From: Prevotella sp.
GTDB lineage: Bacteria; Bacteroidota; Bacteroidia; Bacteroidales; Bacteroidaceae
Direction of reading: 5' to 3'
Assembly: GCA_022486815.1 (NCBI GenBank)
Contig: JAKVJW010000011.1
Location: 16,514-80,513, forward strand
DNA length: 64,000 nt
The first letter of the stretch is position 1. Each line of letters begins with the position of its first letter. This document shows positions 20,861 to 30,711 of this stretch, one piece after another. The position numbers were made by a program, and so were the translations under genes. Below the pieces are notes generated by a model. The model saw nothing but the letters and a program-made list of their open reading frames with translations, was not told the DNA's origin and did not search any database.

Positions 20861-23800
20861 ATGGATATTCGACAGTCTTTTAATCGAGATATATTTCTTG
20901 TTGTTCTTTTGTCGGTATCTTTATTCTCTCTTGGAGGACAGACTTCTGACTTTCGCTATCGTAATATTACGATAGGGGATGGATTGCGTTCTAATACGGT
21001 AAGGAATGTTGTGCAAGATTACAGGGGCTTTATATGGCTGGGAACGGATAATGGCCTTTGCCGTTATGATGGGAATAATGTGGAGTTTTATCGTATTTTA
21101 CAGACTGGAGCTGACCAGTATATCTCTACTATCTATCCTTTTCGTAATGGGATGCTTGTGGGGACTTCCCTTGGTTCTTTTTGGTTTAATTACCGTACAG
21201 AAACATTTTCTCGTTTTATCCCGCAGATTAAGTCAGAAATTAGTTCTTTTGCCGAAGATCGGGATGGAAATGTATGGATTGCGACAAAAAAACAGGGGGG
21301 CTTTTGCTTTAGTTTCCGGTCGCATCATGTCCGGCATTTCCCTTTCCGTGCAGCCCGGGGAGAAGTCTTCCAGATCTTCGTAGACTCTGAGGACCAGGTC
21401 TGGGCAGTAGTGAAGAATAAGCGTTGGACCATCAGTAGATTAAACAGGGATCACCATGCTTTTCAACCTGAATATCTTCATGCAGACCTTGATGTGTCTG
21501 GGGCGAAATTGCTTCAGACACGTGACAGAACTTTATGGTTAGGAACATGGAATGAGGGGCTTTTTTGTCTGAAAAACGGACAGGTCGAGCATGTGCTCGA
21601 TCCTGCCTTGACAGGGACAGGGAGACATATCCATACTCTTGTGGAGATGCCTGATAACCAAATCTATATGGGATGTGATGATGGAGTTATCGTCTATAAT
21701 ATCCGGACAGGAAAATGGAATAGGCTGACCTTTCAGGGAGATAACAAGAACTCGATTGACGGGAGATTCGTTTATTCTATCTTGCGTGACCGGGAAGGGG
21801 GTATCTGGATAGGAACTTTTTATGGTGGAGTGAAATATATATCCCCTATGGGACAGCGTTTTTCAAGTTATACGAATGGACAGTCCGGCTTCAGGGGTAA
21901 TGTGGTTAGTCATTTCTGCGAGGATTATGCTGGGCATGTATGGATAGGCAGTGATGATGGTGGATTGTCGTGTCTGAATGAAGCGACAGGGAAATTTATG
22001 ACTTATACTGGTAGCAGACTTCTGTCCTCTTATAATGTACATGCTCTGTGTATGAGTGGCTCTGATCTCTGGGTAGGAACCTATACCAATGGTGTCATTC
22101 GTATGAATCTGGCTTCCGGCAGAATGAAACAATATGCAGAAAAGGATGGACTTGACAGTAAGAGTTGCTATGCTATCTATAAGGACCATCTGGGAAGATT
22201 GTGGCTTTCGACAATGGGATATGGAATTTTCCTTTATGACAGGAATCGGGACTGCTTTCGTAAAGTCTATAGGACGGATGCACTTGTTCTCGATATTGAT
22301 GAAGACCGTAGGGGAAATATGTGGTTCTCTTCTCAGGGAGCTGGCCTATATCGTTATAATCCTTTTACTCGAAGATGGAAAAATTACCGAAGTTTAAAGT
22401 CTATGGTTTCTCTTCCTTCTGACCAAGTTGATTGTCTGGAGATGGATGAAGATGGCAGATTGTGGATAGGTACAATGAGCGGATTATGCTATTATAATCC
22501 GTCAGAAGATAACTTTCATCGTATCCCTTTAGAGAAGGATGGCATTGAAGTAAGCGGTGTAATAAGTGATAAGGAAATCTTATGGCTGGCAACAACTCAT
22601 GGGATTTTACGATATCAAAGAGGAAAAGCTCTTCGTGTTTTTAACAGATATGATGGGTTATGCTGCGAAGTCTTTCGTCCGAATGCGGAATTGAAGACTT
22701 CAGATGGGCGAATTTTCTTTGGCGGAGTAAATGGTTTCACGGCCTTTTATCCTTATCAGATTAAGATTAACAGAATGAATCCGTCTGTATCTATTACTGG
22801 ACTTGAGGTATATAACAAGCAGCAAAGAGTGGGTTCGAAATTGTTGCCTGAAGCTTTTAGTTATGTTCATCAACTTGATTTCCAACATGGTGACAAAATG
22901 TTCAGTTTGTCATTTTCTTCGTTAAGCTATTGCTCCCCTGGGAAAAATCATTTTGCTTATAAACTTGAGGGCTTTGACAAAGAATGGAACTATGTAGGGA
23001 ATTGCCATCATGCTACTTATACTAACCTTCCGTCAGGGACTTATATCTTTCGGGTTAAGGCTACCAATAATGATGGAGTATGGAGCCGTCATGAGGCTCA
23101 GTTGAAAATTGTCGTTCATCCTCCTTTCTGGTGGAGCCTGCCGGCAAAAATATTTTATTTATTCCTTATCCTTTTCCTGGTTTATGAATATACTCATTTC
23201 CGTCTGCTGAAAGCTGAAAAGAAGCATCAGAATGAGATGAAAGCGCTTGATGATCGTAAAAATTTAGAGATCAGGGAAGCGCGTTTAAAGTTCTTTACGA
23301 TGATTGCTCATGAAATCCGGACTCCTGTAACATTGATCATAGGCCCACTGGAGCAGTTGATGTCACATCAGGAAGTCAAGGATGAGGAATCTGTTTCTTC
23401 AGATAAAAGGAGAAATTTGAATGCGATGGCTGTTTTGCAGGTTATTGACAGGAATGCTCGTCGTCTTCTTTATCTGGTAAACCAATTACTAGACTTCAGT
23501 AAAGGACAACGGTATGGTTTTCAGGCTCATTTTAAATTACAGAATATTGGAGATATTATGAAGTCGGTGGCTATCCGTTTTCAACCTTTTTTCAAACAGA
23601 AAGGGATTGATTTCCATGTAGATTATCCCCCTGATGGATTTTCTGCGATAGTAGATCAGGAAGGTGTGACAAAGGTGATCAGCAATCTGATGATGAATGC
23701 CTTGAAATATACCAAAGATAGGATCTGCTTGAGTGGTGTCGTCTCTGGTGACCGGCAGTCTTTTCAAATCATTGTGTTCGATAATGGGATTGGAATCAGC

Positions 23801-24844
23801 AAGGCAGATCAGCCGAAAATCTTTAATGCTTTCTATCAGGTTCAGGACAATGCTCCCGGAGCTGGTATCGGACTGGCCATTGTCAAAAGTATAGTTGATC
23901 TGCATCATGGTCAGATGAAACTTGATTCTGAACCTAACAAAGGGACAAAGTTTATAATTACTTTCCCGGTCAGTCAGACCGGTACGGCCGGAGAAAAGAA
24001 GGTTTCAGAACATCAGGATGGCAGTGGCCGGATGGAGAATAGTAGAGAGATGATTCCTCAAGATGAACCGGAAATAGTAGAGATACCGGCTGATGGCGAC
24101 AGATCTTCGGTACTTATCGTTGAGGATGATACTGATATGCGGAATTTCCTGGCATCTGATTTTCGGAATGATTATGTCGTGTATACGGCTTCCAATGGTG
24201 TAGAAGGAATAAATATTCTTTTGCATCATGTCGTTACACTGATTGTTTCTGACTGGATGATGCCGGAAATGGACGGCGAAGAGTTTTGCCGTCATGTCCG
24301 GGCTGATCAAAATACGAGCCATATCCCTTTTATCATGCTTACTGCCAAGACAGATGATGAGAGTAAGGCTGAAGGGATGAACTGTGGTGCTGATGCTTAT
24401 ATCGAAAAACCTTTCTCAGTGAAGTACTTGAATGCTTGTATCGGCAATCTGATCAATATGAGGAAATTGCTGATGAAGAAGTTTGCTGATACGCCATCCG
24501 AGTCAATTACCCGGATAGCCAGAACTCCTCTTGACAATGACTTCCTCTTACGGATGAATCGCCTTATTGAGAAGAATATGGATAGTGCTGACCTTTCTGT
24601 TAACTTTATTGCGGAACAGATGAATATCAGCAGATCCAGCCTTTTCGCGAAGATCAAGTCTCTGGCAGATGTTACTCCGAATGAGATGATCCAAGTTGTA
24701 CGCCTTCGCCGTGCTGCCCAACTCCTGAAGGAGGGGGGATATAGGGTCAGTGAGGTGTGCTTCATGACAGGTTTCAATAGTCCTTCTTACTTTTCGAAGT
24801 GTTTTCAAAAACAGTTTGGAGTAAAACCGACTGAATACAAATAA
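20861..24844 (+). CDS. Hybrid two-component system (HTCS) sensor-regulator
   Basis: Beta-propeller repeats, Y_Y_Y domain, TM helix, HEIRTP, HATPase, receiver SDWMMP, AraC HTH; TTTG-N19-TACCTTTG promoter at 20804-20834. Confidence 0.96.
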   Translation: MDIRQSFNRDIFLVVLLSVSLFSLGGQTSDFRYRNITIGDGLRSNTVRNVVQDYRGFIWLGTDNGLCRYDGNNVEFYRILQTGADQYISTIYPFRNGMLVGTSLGSFWFNYRTETFSRFIPQIKSEISSFAEDRDGNVWIATKKQGGFCFSFRSHHVRHFPFRAARGEVFQIFVDSEDQVWAVVKNKRWTISRLNRDHHAFQPEYLHADLDVSGAKLLQTRDRTLWLGTWNEGLFCLKNGQVEHVLDPALTGTGRHIHTLVEMPDNQIYMGCDDGVIVYNIRTGKWNRLTFQGDNKNSIDGRFVYSILRDREGGIWIGTFYGGVKYISPMGQRFSSYTNGQSGFRGNVVSHFCEDYAGHVWIGSDDGGLSCLNEATGKFMTYTGSRLLSSYNVHALCMSGSDLWVGTYTNGVIRMNLASGRMKQYAEKDGLDSKSCYAIYKDHLGRLWLSTMGYGIFLYDRNRDCFRKVYRTDALVLDIDEDRRGNMWFSSQGAGLYRYNPFTRRWKNYRSLKSMVSLPSDQVDCLEMDEDGRLWIGTMSGLCYYNPSEDNFHRIPLEKDGIEVSGVISDKEILWLATTHGILRYQRGKALRVFNRYDGLCCEVFRPNAELKTSDGRIFFGGVNGFTAFYPYQIKINRMNPSVSITGLEVYNKQQRVGSKLLPEAFSYVHQLDFQHGDKMFSLSFSSLSYCSPGKNHFAYKLEGFDKEWNYVGNCHHATYTNLPSGTYIFRVKATNNDGVWSRHEAQLKIVVHPPFWWSLPAKIFYLFLILFLVYEYTHFRLLKAEKKHQNEMKALDDRKNLEIREARLKFFTMIAHEIRTPVTLIIGPLEQLMSHQEVKDEESVSSDKRRNLNAMAVLQVIDRNARRLLYLVNQLLDFSKGQRYGFQAHFKLQNIGDIMKSVAIRFQPFFKQKGIDFHVDYPPDGFSAIVDQEGVTKVISNLMMNALKYTKDRICLSGVVSGDRQSFQIIVFDNGIGISKADQPKIFNAFYQVQDNAPGAGIGLAIVKSIVDLHHGQMKLDSEPNKGTKFIITFPVSQTGTAGEKKVSEHQDGSGRMENSREMIPQDEPEIVEIPADGDRSSVLIVEDDTDMRNFLASDFRNDYVVYTASNGVEGINILLHHVVTLIVSDWMMPEMDGEEFCRHVRADQNTSHIPFIMLTAKTDDESKAEGMNCGADAYIEKPFSVKYLNACIGNLINMRKLLMKKFADTPSESITRIARTPLDNDFLLRMNRLIEKNMDSADLSVNFIAEQMNISRSSLFAKIKSLADVTPNEMIQVVRLRRAAQLLKEGGYRVSEVCFMTGFNSPSYFSKCFQKQFGVKPTEYK

Positions 24845-24887
24845 GATGTTGTAAAGATATATAGAGTGGAATTTAATTTTTTTAAAG

Positions 24888-27029
24888 ATGATGAATTTAC
24901 GATTTTCTTTTTTTGCTGCGGGACTGCTTATGGCTGTTCCGGCATTCTCTCAGGGTACGCTGGAGGATTATGACCGTGCATACACCGTCAAGAAGGATTT
25001 CAGTTCTTTACGGGTTTATCATTGGGCTCATGAGGTGCAATGGAAAGACTCTTCTGACATATTCTCTTATCAGATGACAACTCGTGATGGTAAGGGACAG
25101 TATGTCGTTTATGATGCTGCAAACGGTACGGAAAGAACTTTTGATGTTAAAGACGAACTTGAGAAGGCTTTGGGTATTGTGAAAGAGCCAGAGAAAAGAC
25201 CTTGGCCGGGCCGGGTACAGCAGCGGCACTGGATGGAGGTGGATGAAGAAACGGAGCTTCGTCCTGTAACGTCACCTGATGGAAAGATGGAAGCGTATGT
25301 TGAAGGACAGAATATCGTAGTGCACCGGATCGGTACACCCTTCTCAACCAAAAGGGTATTGTCTCAGGATGGAACCACGGGTTGTTATTATTCCAATCGG
25401 ATCTTGTGGTCACCGGATGGGCGTTATCTTTTTGATTGTAAGCGGATCCCTGTACAGAAACGATATGTCTATTATGTAGAATCTTCCCCTGCGGATCAGT
25501 TGCAGCCGATTCTCCATAAACAGGAATATGCCAAGCCTGGAGATGCTCTGCCTCAAAAGATTCCGGTTATTTTTGACTTGAAGACCGGTAAGCAACTGAC
25601 GGCTGATGGTTCTGCCATTAGTAATCAGTATGAACTGTCCGGTTTTCAATGGAATGCTGACGGTCAGGAGGTTATGATGGAGTATAATCAACGTGGGCAT
25701 CACCTTTATCAGGTTCTTTCCATGAATGCAAATACAGGTAAAATTCGTGTCGTGGTTCAGGAATCGTCTCCGAAATATATCAATTATCAACGTATGTTCC
25801 GTTATTATACCAAAGATGGAAAACGACTGATATGGATGAGTGAACGGGATAACTGGAACCATTTGTATCTTTATGATGTGCCCACAGGTAAGGTGATTCG
25901 TCAGATTACTAAAGGGCCATGGTGTGTACGCCAGGTCTTGAATGTGGATGAACCTAACCGTGTTATCTATTTCTCTGCCAGTGGAGTAAATAAAGATGAG
26001 GATCCTTACCTTATTCATTATTATCGTATTGGTCTTGATGGTAATAATATGATCTGTCTCACTCCTGAACCGGCTCAACATCAGGCGGCGTTCAGCAGTG
26101 ATTACCATTATCTCGTAGATACTTACTCCTTGGTTGATCAGGCTCCTGTAACCGTCCTTCGTGATGCTTGTAGTGGAAAACTGATCAAGGTTCTGGAGAA
26201 GGCAGATATTTCTGACCTTCTTGTCAAAGGATGGAAGGCTCCGGTTGTTTTCAAAGCAAAGGGGCGTGATGGAAAAACCGATATGTGGGGGATTATCCAG
26301 CGTCCGGTTCATTTTGATCCTTCAAAGAAGTATCCGGTTATTGAGTATATCTATGCCGGCCCAGGCGATGCATATACTCCAAAGAGTTTTATATCTTATA
26401 ACTGGAATACAACATCCCTGGCGGAATTGGGATTTGTTGTGGTCCAACTTGATGCTATGGGGACTTCATGGCGTGGCAAGAAATTTGAAGAGGTGTGTTA
26501 TAAAAATTTGAAGGATGCCGGATTCCCGGACCGTGAACTATGGATCAAAGCTGCTGCAAAGAAGTATCCTTATATGGATGCAGATAACGTAGGCATCTTC
26601 GGAGCTTCTGCCGGAGGACAGGAGAGTTGCACGGCTGTGTTGCTCCATGGTGATTTTTATAAGGCTGCCTATTCTTCTTGCGGGTGCCACGACAACCGGA
26701 TGGATAAAATCTGGTGGAATGAACAATGGATGAGTTACCCCGTGGATTCCAGTTATGTGAGATGCAGTAATATCTATAATGCGCCTAAATTACAGCGCCC
26801 ATTGATGCTTGTTGTTGGGGAACTGGATGATAATGTGGATCCGTCGAGTACTTACCAGGTTGTCAATGCGTTGGAAAAGGCGAATAAGGATTTTGAATTG
26901 GTCGTTTTGCCGGGCGTGCACCATACTATGGGAGAGCGTTTCGGAGAGCATAAGCGTTTTGACTTCTTTGTCAAGAATCTGATGCATGTGAATCCACCAA
27001 AATGGTGTGATGTCAAATCTGAATATTGA
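24888..27029 (+). CDS. S9B dipeptidyl-peptidase IV family peptidase
   Basis: DPPIV_N propeller (SERDNWNHLYLY), YAGP, GASAGG, DDNV, catalytic His (VHH); signal peptide. Confidence 0.9.
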   Translation: MMNLRFSFFAAGLLMAVPAFSQGTLEDYDRAYTVKKDFSSLRVYHWAHEVQWKDSSDIFSYQMTTRDGKGQYVVYDAANGTERTFDVKDELEKALGIVKEPEKRPWPGRVQQRHWMEVDEETELRPVTSPDGKMEAYVEGQNIVVHRIGTPFSTKRVLSQDGTTGCYYSNRILWSPDGRYLFDCKRIPVQKRYVYYVESSPADQLQPILHKQEYAKPGDALPQKIPVIFDLKTGKQLTADGSAISNQYELSGFQWNADGQEVMMEYNQRGHHLYQVLSMNANTGKIRVVVQESSPKYINYQRMFRYYTKDGKRLIWMSERDNWNHLYLYDVPTGKVIRQITKGPWCVRQVLNVDEPNRVIYFSASGVNKDEDPYLIHYYRIGLDGNNMICLTPEPAQHQAAFSSDYHYLVDTYSLVDQAPVTVLRDACSGKLIKVLEKADISDLLVKGWKAPVVFKAKGRDGKTDMWGIIQRPVHFDPSKKYPVIEYIYAGPGDAYTPKSFISYNWNTTSLAELGFVVVQLDAMGTSWRGKKFEEVCYKNLKDAGFPDRELWIKAAAKKYPYMDADNVGIFGASAGGQESCTAVLLHGDFYKAAYSSCGCHDNRMDKIWWNEQWMSYPVDSSYVRCSNIYNAPKLQRPLMLVVGELDDNVDPSSTYQVVNALEKANKDFELVVLPGVHHTMGERFGEHKRFDFFVKNLMHVNPPKWCDVKSEY

Positions 27030-27046
27030 TGTCCATCTGAAACTTG

Positions 27047-27087
27047 AAAAATATCGTGAGAGGTTATAACTCATAACGATATTTTTT
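27047..27087 (+). terminator. Intrinsic terminator; a second inverted repeat (tttgtagaca/tgtctacaaa) follows at about 27098-27134
   Basis: aaaaatatcgt...acgatattttt. Confidence 0.7.
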
Positions 27088-27537
27088 AGTTAACCTTTTT
27101 GTAGACAGGAATTGTTTTTTCTCTTGTCTACAAATTATTATGTCTTGTTTTCTTTAGGTCTCTGTTTACTTAAAATTAAGGTAGAAGTTATCATATTAAT
27201 GCGGATTCTTCCTGATATTTTGATGTATATAGTAAGGGACGAGAAAAGTTATTTGGCTTTTTAAAGAGAAATTTCCAATATATTTGGAATTTTCTTTAGA
27301 AATAGTTTGCAGTATTTGTGAAAATCCTATTTTTCAATAGGGGTATATTCGTTTTGCACGTCTTATAATAAATAAGTAAAAAATATGATGGGAGAAACAG
27401 TGTCTCCAACTGTCTTTTTTGCGATTGCTTACTTTTGTGGTGATCTGTTGGCAACATCTAATGAATCTGATGATAGTAAGACGCTTCATACAGGTACTCT
27501 TCTTGAGTAAGAATGCAGGAGAAAATAAGTTAAAAGG

Positions 27538-29055
27538 ATGTTGATATATAATGATGCAGGTATTATGTTTATAGAAAAAGTAATTCTTCCTTTACAGAAT
27601 AACTTTGAGAAAAATGGAAAAGAATACGCTTTTTGTATCGGGAAGCATTTCTATTCTTACACTCAACTGTTACAAAGAGCAAATGCAATAAAAGAAGTTA
27701 TCCGATCAATTCCTGAACAGTATTTCGGTCTGATGGCTTATGATGATCTGGATACTTATGCTGCTGTCCTTGCACTATGGGCGGAGGGCAGATGTTATGT
27801 TCCCTTACATCCGTTACAGCCGGAAGCACGGTTGGAAAACATTATTCATCAGGTAGGTATACAGACGGTTTTGAATACTGGTGAGAGTAGATGGCCTTTC
27901 CATGTCAGGGAGATTGACACTCATGCCTTATCAGATGCAGATGATGCCTTTTCTTTTTCGCAGACTTTAAGAGATGCTGATCCTGCTTATATCTTGTTTA
28001 CTTCTGGTAGTACAGGAACTCCTAAAGGTGTACCTGTTTCTTTTGGAAATGTTGCAGCTTTCATCGATGCCTTTGAAGATCTTGGTATCCAACTGACTGA
28101 AAAAGACCGGTGCCTGCAGATGTTCGACCTTACTTTTGACCTTTCTGTAGGCAGTTATCTTCCTGCTCTCCTTCATGGTGCTTGCTTGTATACCGTTCCG
28201 GTAGGGAGTGTAAAGTATGAAGAAGTGTTCTGCCTGATGGATGATTACCAGTTGACTGTTGCTTTGATGGTTCCTTCAATCATCCATTATCTTCGTCCTT
28301 ATATGAAAGAACTGACAGATGAGAAGATGCATGATTGTCTCTTCTGTGGTGAGGCTTTGCTGGAGGATGATGTCAAGGCCTGGAAATCATCTGTTCCAAA
28401 GGCTAAGATATGGAATGTCTATGGCCCTACAGAGAATACGATTTATTGTACTTTCTATCCGGTAGATGATAATATAAAAAATATCAATGGAACGGTTTGT
28501 ATTGGGAAGGCAATGAAAAATACTCGTGTTGCTGTTGTTGATGAAGAGAATCATTTCCTGCAACCAGGCGAGAAGGGTGAACTTTGCCTCTCCGGTAGTC
28601 AGTTGACTGCCGGATATTGGCATGATTATCAGAATAATCATCTGGCTTTCTTTCAAGATAATGGGGGAAGATGGTATAAGACTGGTGATATCTGTATGAT
28701 TGATGAAGATGGAGATGTCCTCTATGAGGGCAGGAAGGACTCGCAGGTGAAGATACAAGGTTTTCGGGTAGAACTGGGAGAGATAGAGAATGTAGCTCGG
28801 AAATTCTATAAAGGCAGGCGTAATGTCGTGGCTGTCCCCTTACCAAATGATCAGGGGCTGATGACACTTCATCTGGTCGTAGAGGGGAAAAATGAAGATG
28901 CAACATCGCTGAAATCCGATCTTCAAAATTATCTTCCTACGTATATGCTTCCGGAGGATATTCGTTTTATGAAGGAGTTTCCTCAAAATGCAAATAATAA
29001 GATTGATCGAAAAGCAATCCGTAAAAAGGTAGAATACAAAATTGGAAATAAATAA
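27538..29055 (+). CDS. Stand-alone amino-acid adenylation enzyme, DltA-like (start may be 27565)
   Basis: YILFTSGSTGTPKG, FDLSV, FCGE, NVYGPTE, YKTGD, GRKDSQVKIQGFRVELGEIE, NNKIDR. Confidence 0.9.
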   Translation: MLIYNDAGIMFIEKVILPLQNNFEKNGKEYAFCIGKHFYSYTQLLQRANAIKEVIRSIPEQYFGLMAYDDLDTYAAVLALWAEGRCYVPLHPLQPEARLENIIHQVGIQTVLNTGESRWPFHVREIDTHALSDADDAFSFSQTLRDADPAYILFTSGSTGTPKGVPVSFGNVAAFIDAFEDLGIQLTEKDRCLQMFDLTFDLSVGSYLPALLHGACLYTVPVGSVKYEEVFCLMDDYQLTVALMVPSIIHYLRPYMKELTDEKMHDCLFCGEALLEDDVKAWKSSVPKAKIWNVYGPTENTIYCTFYPVDDNIKNINGTVCIGKAMKNTRVAVVDEENHFLQPGEKGELCLSGSQLTAGYWHDYQNNHLAFFQDNGGRWYKTGDICMIDEDGDVLYEGRKDSQVKIQGFRVELGEIENVARKFYKGRRNVVAVPLPNDQGLMTLHLVVEGKNEDATSLKSDLQNYLPTYMLPEDIRFMKEFPQNANNKIDRKAIRKKVEYKIGNK

Positions 29056-29074
29056 TTGATAGATAGATTGTAAT

Positions 29075-29317
29075 ATGGAAAAACAAGAGGTATTAAAAAC
29101 GCTGAATGAGATTTTTGCTAAAGTATTGAAGAAACCGGATCTCTGTTTGGCAGAAAGAATGTCTACAGATGATATCGATGGGTGGGATTCTCTGACTAAT
29201 ATGATTATCATCAGTGAGATCGAAAAGCGATTCGAGTTTCATCTGAAGATGCGGGATATTATCCGTATGAGAACCGTCGGGGATATGTGCAATGTGATAT
29301 TGAAAAGAATAGCATAA
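29075..29317 (+). CDS. Acyl/aminoacyl carrier protein, DltC-like
   Basis: 80 aa, GWDSL phosphopantetheine site. Confidence 0.9.
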   Translation: MEKQEVLKTLNEIFAKVLKKPDLCLAERMSTDDIDGWDSLTNMIIISEIEKRFEFHLKMRDIIRMRTVGDMCNVILKRIA

Positions 29318-29333
29318 ACGAGGACGATAAATC

Positions 29334-30707
29334 ATGGAATTTCTTTCTATTCCCTTTGGAATATGTATGATTGTGACTTTTATCCTCTATTATTTGAGAA
29401 AGGATAGGAAGTGGCAGCATATTATTCTGCTTCTGGCCAGTTTCGTTTTTATCGGATATTATCATTTTTCTTATCTTGTAGTAGCTTCCGGGGTAACTGT
29501 ATTCACCTTTTTTGCTGGTAAGGCTATTCGTAGATTTCAGGATACCTCCAAAGCAACGGTAATTCTCTGGTTGAGTATCATTGGCTTAGCTGGCTTTTGG
29601 CTTATTGCCCGATACTGGTCACCTCTGTTCCCGTTAGGTATGTCTTTTTATACTTTTCAGGCTCTTTCTTATCTGATTGAAATTTATTGGGAAGAAGAAG
29701 AACCGGAGGAGAACTTCTGGGACTTTACCTTATATATGATGCTTTTCATGAAGTTCCTTTCCGGACCTATTGAAAGGGGATTGGATACATTACCACAACT
29801 AAAGACGGCTAAGAAATTCAACTACCAACAGGTAACACGAGGATTGAAATTTGTAGTATGGGGTGTGTTCCTGAAACTGGTCATTGCTGATCGTATCGCT
29901 CCTTCACTGGACTCGGTGTTGGATAATGTGAGGAGTGCTTCTGGAATGCAACTTCTGACAGCAACTTTTCTTTATCCGATACAACTTTATGCCGATTTTG
30001 CGGGATATACAGCCATGGCTATCGGTTTTGGCAGGATGATGGGCTTTGAGTTCCATCCCAACTTTAATCGTCCTTTTATTTCTCAGTCTACCGGGGAGTT
30101 GTGGCGTCGCTGGCACATGACCCTTTCTTTCTGGGTACGTGATTATGTCTTTACTCCTTTGGATGCCTCTTTAAGGGGATTCAAGCGATGGGGTGTTTAT
30201 ATTTCTCTGCTGATTACCTTTGTCGCCATTGGTGTCTGGCATGGAGCTGGATGGACTTTTGCTCTTTACGGACTTTTCCAGGGGATTGTCATCATTTATG
30301 AGACGGCAGCTAAAAAGGGACGGAAACGGATAAAGGATATGATCGGACAGAAAACTTGGAAATTTGTGATGATTCTCAGAACTTATCTTCTCTTTGCCTT
30401 ATCATTGTTATTTTTCCGTGTGGCCAAAATCAATGATGTGTTTTATACTTATCGCCATCTTTTTGATGGTTTCCAGACAAATATCAAGGAGTTGAGATTG
30501 GGTATGACGGACTTTTACTGGATTGTCTTTGGTGTGGCAACGATATTGATGTTTGTTTTAGAATATCTCAACTCGCGTCATAGCTTGATTCTATGGACTG
30601 AGAAATTGAATACTTCTTGCAGATGGGTGCTCTATCTGGGATTTGTGTTGACCATCTTCTTGTTTGGCTCCTTCGGTGTAGAGAATTTCATTTATATCCA
30701 ATTCTAA
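29334..30707 (+). CDS. MBOAT acyltransferase (DltB/AlgI/PatA family)
   Basis: PLGMSFYTFQ, SGPIER, YADFAGY, NFNRPF, WRRWHMTLS, GVWHG, C-terminal FIYIQF. Confidence 0.93.
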   Translation: MEFLSIPFGICMIVTFILYYLRKDRKWQHIILLLASFVFIGYYHFSYLVVASGVTVFTFFAGKAIRRFQDTSKATVILWLSIIGLAGFWLIARYWSPLFPLGMSFYTFQALSYLIEIYWEEEEPEENFWDFTLYMMLFMKFLSGPIERGLDTLPQLKTAKKFNYQQVTRGLKFVVWGVFLKLVIADRIAPSLDSVLDNVRSASGMQLLTATFLYPIQLYADFAGYTAMAIGFGRMMGFEFHPNFNRPFISQSTGELWRRWHMTLSFWVRDYVFTPLDASLRGFKRWGVYISLLITFVAIGVWHGAGWTFALYGLFQGIVIIYETAAKKGRKRIKDMIGQKTWKFVMILRTYLLFALSLLFFRVAKINDVFYTYRHLFDGFQTNIKELRLGMTDFYWIVFGVATILMFVLEYLNSRHSLILWTEKLNTSCRWVLYLGFVLTIFLFGSFGVENFIYIQF

Positions 30708-30711
30708 TGAA

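Noticed and set aside
25410-26312. Long antisense ORFs (also 46939-47700, 54955-55551, 2241-2813)
   Set aside because: They lie opposite well-supported genes and have no recognisable motifs
27538-29317. NRPS secondary-metabolite cluster
   Set aside because: No condensation or thioesterase domain; the MBOAT and SGNH partners indicate envelope acylation
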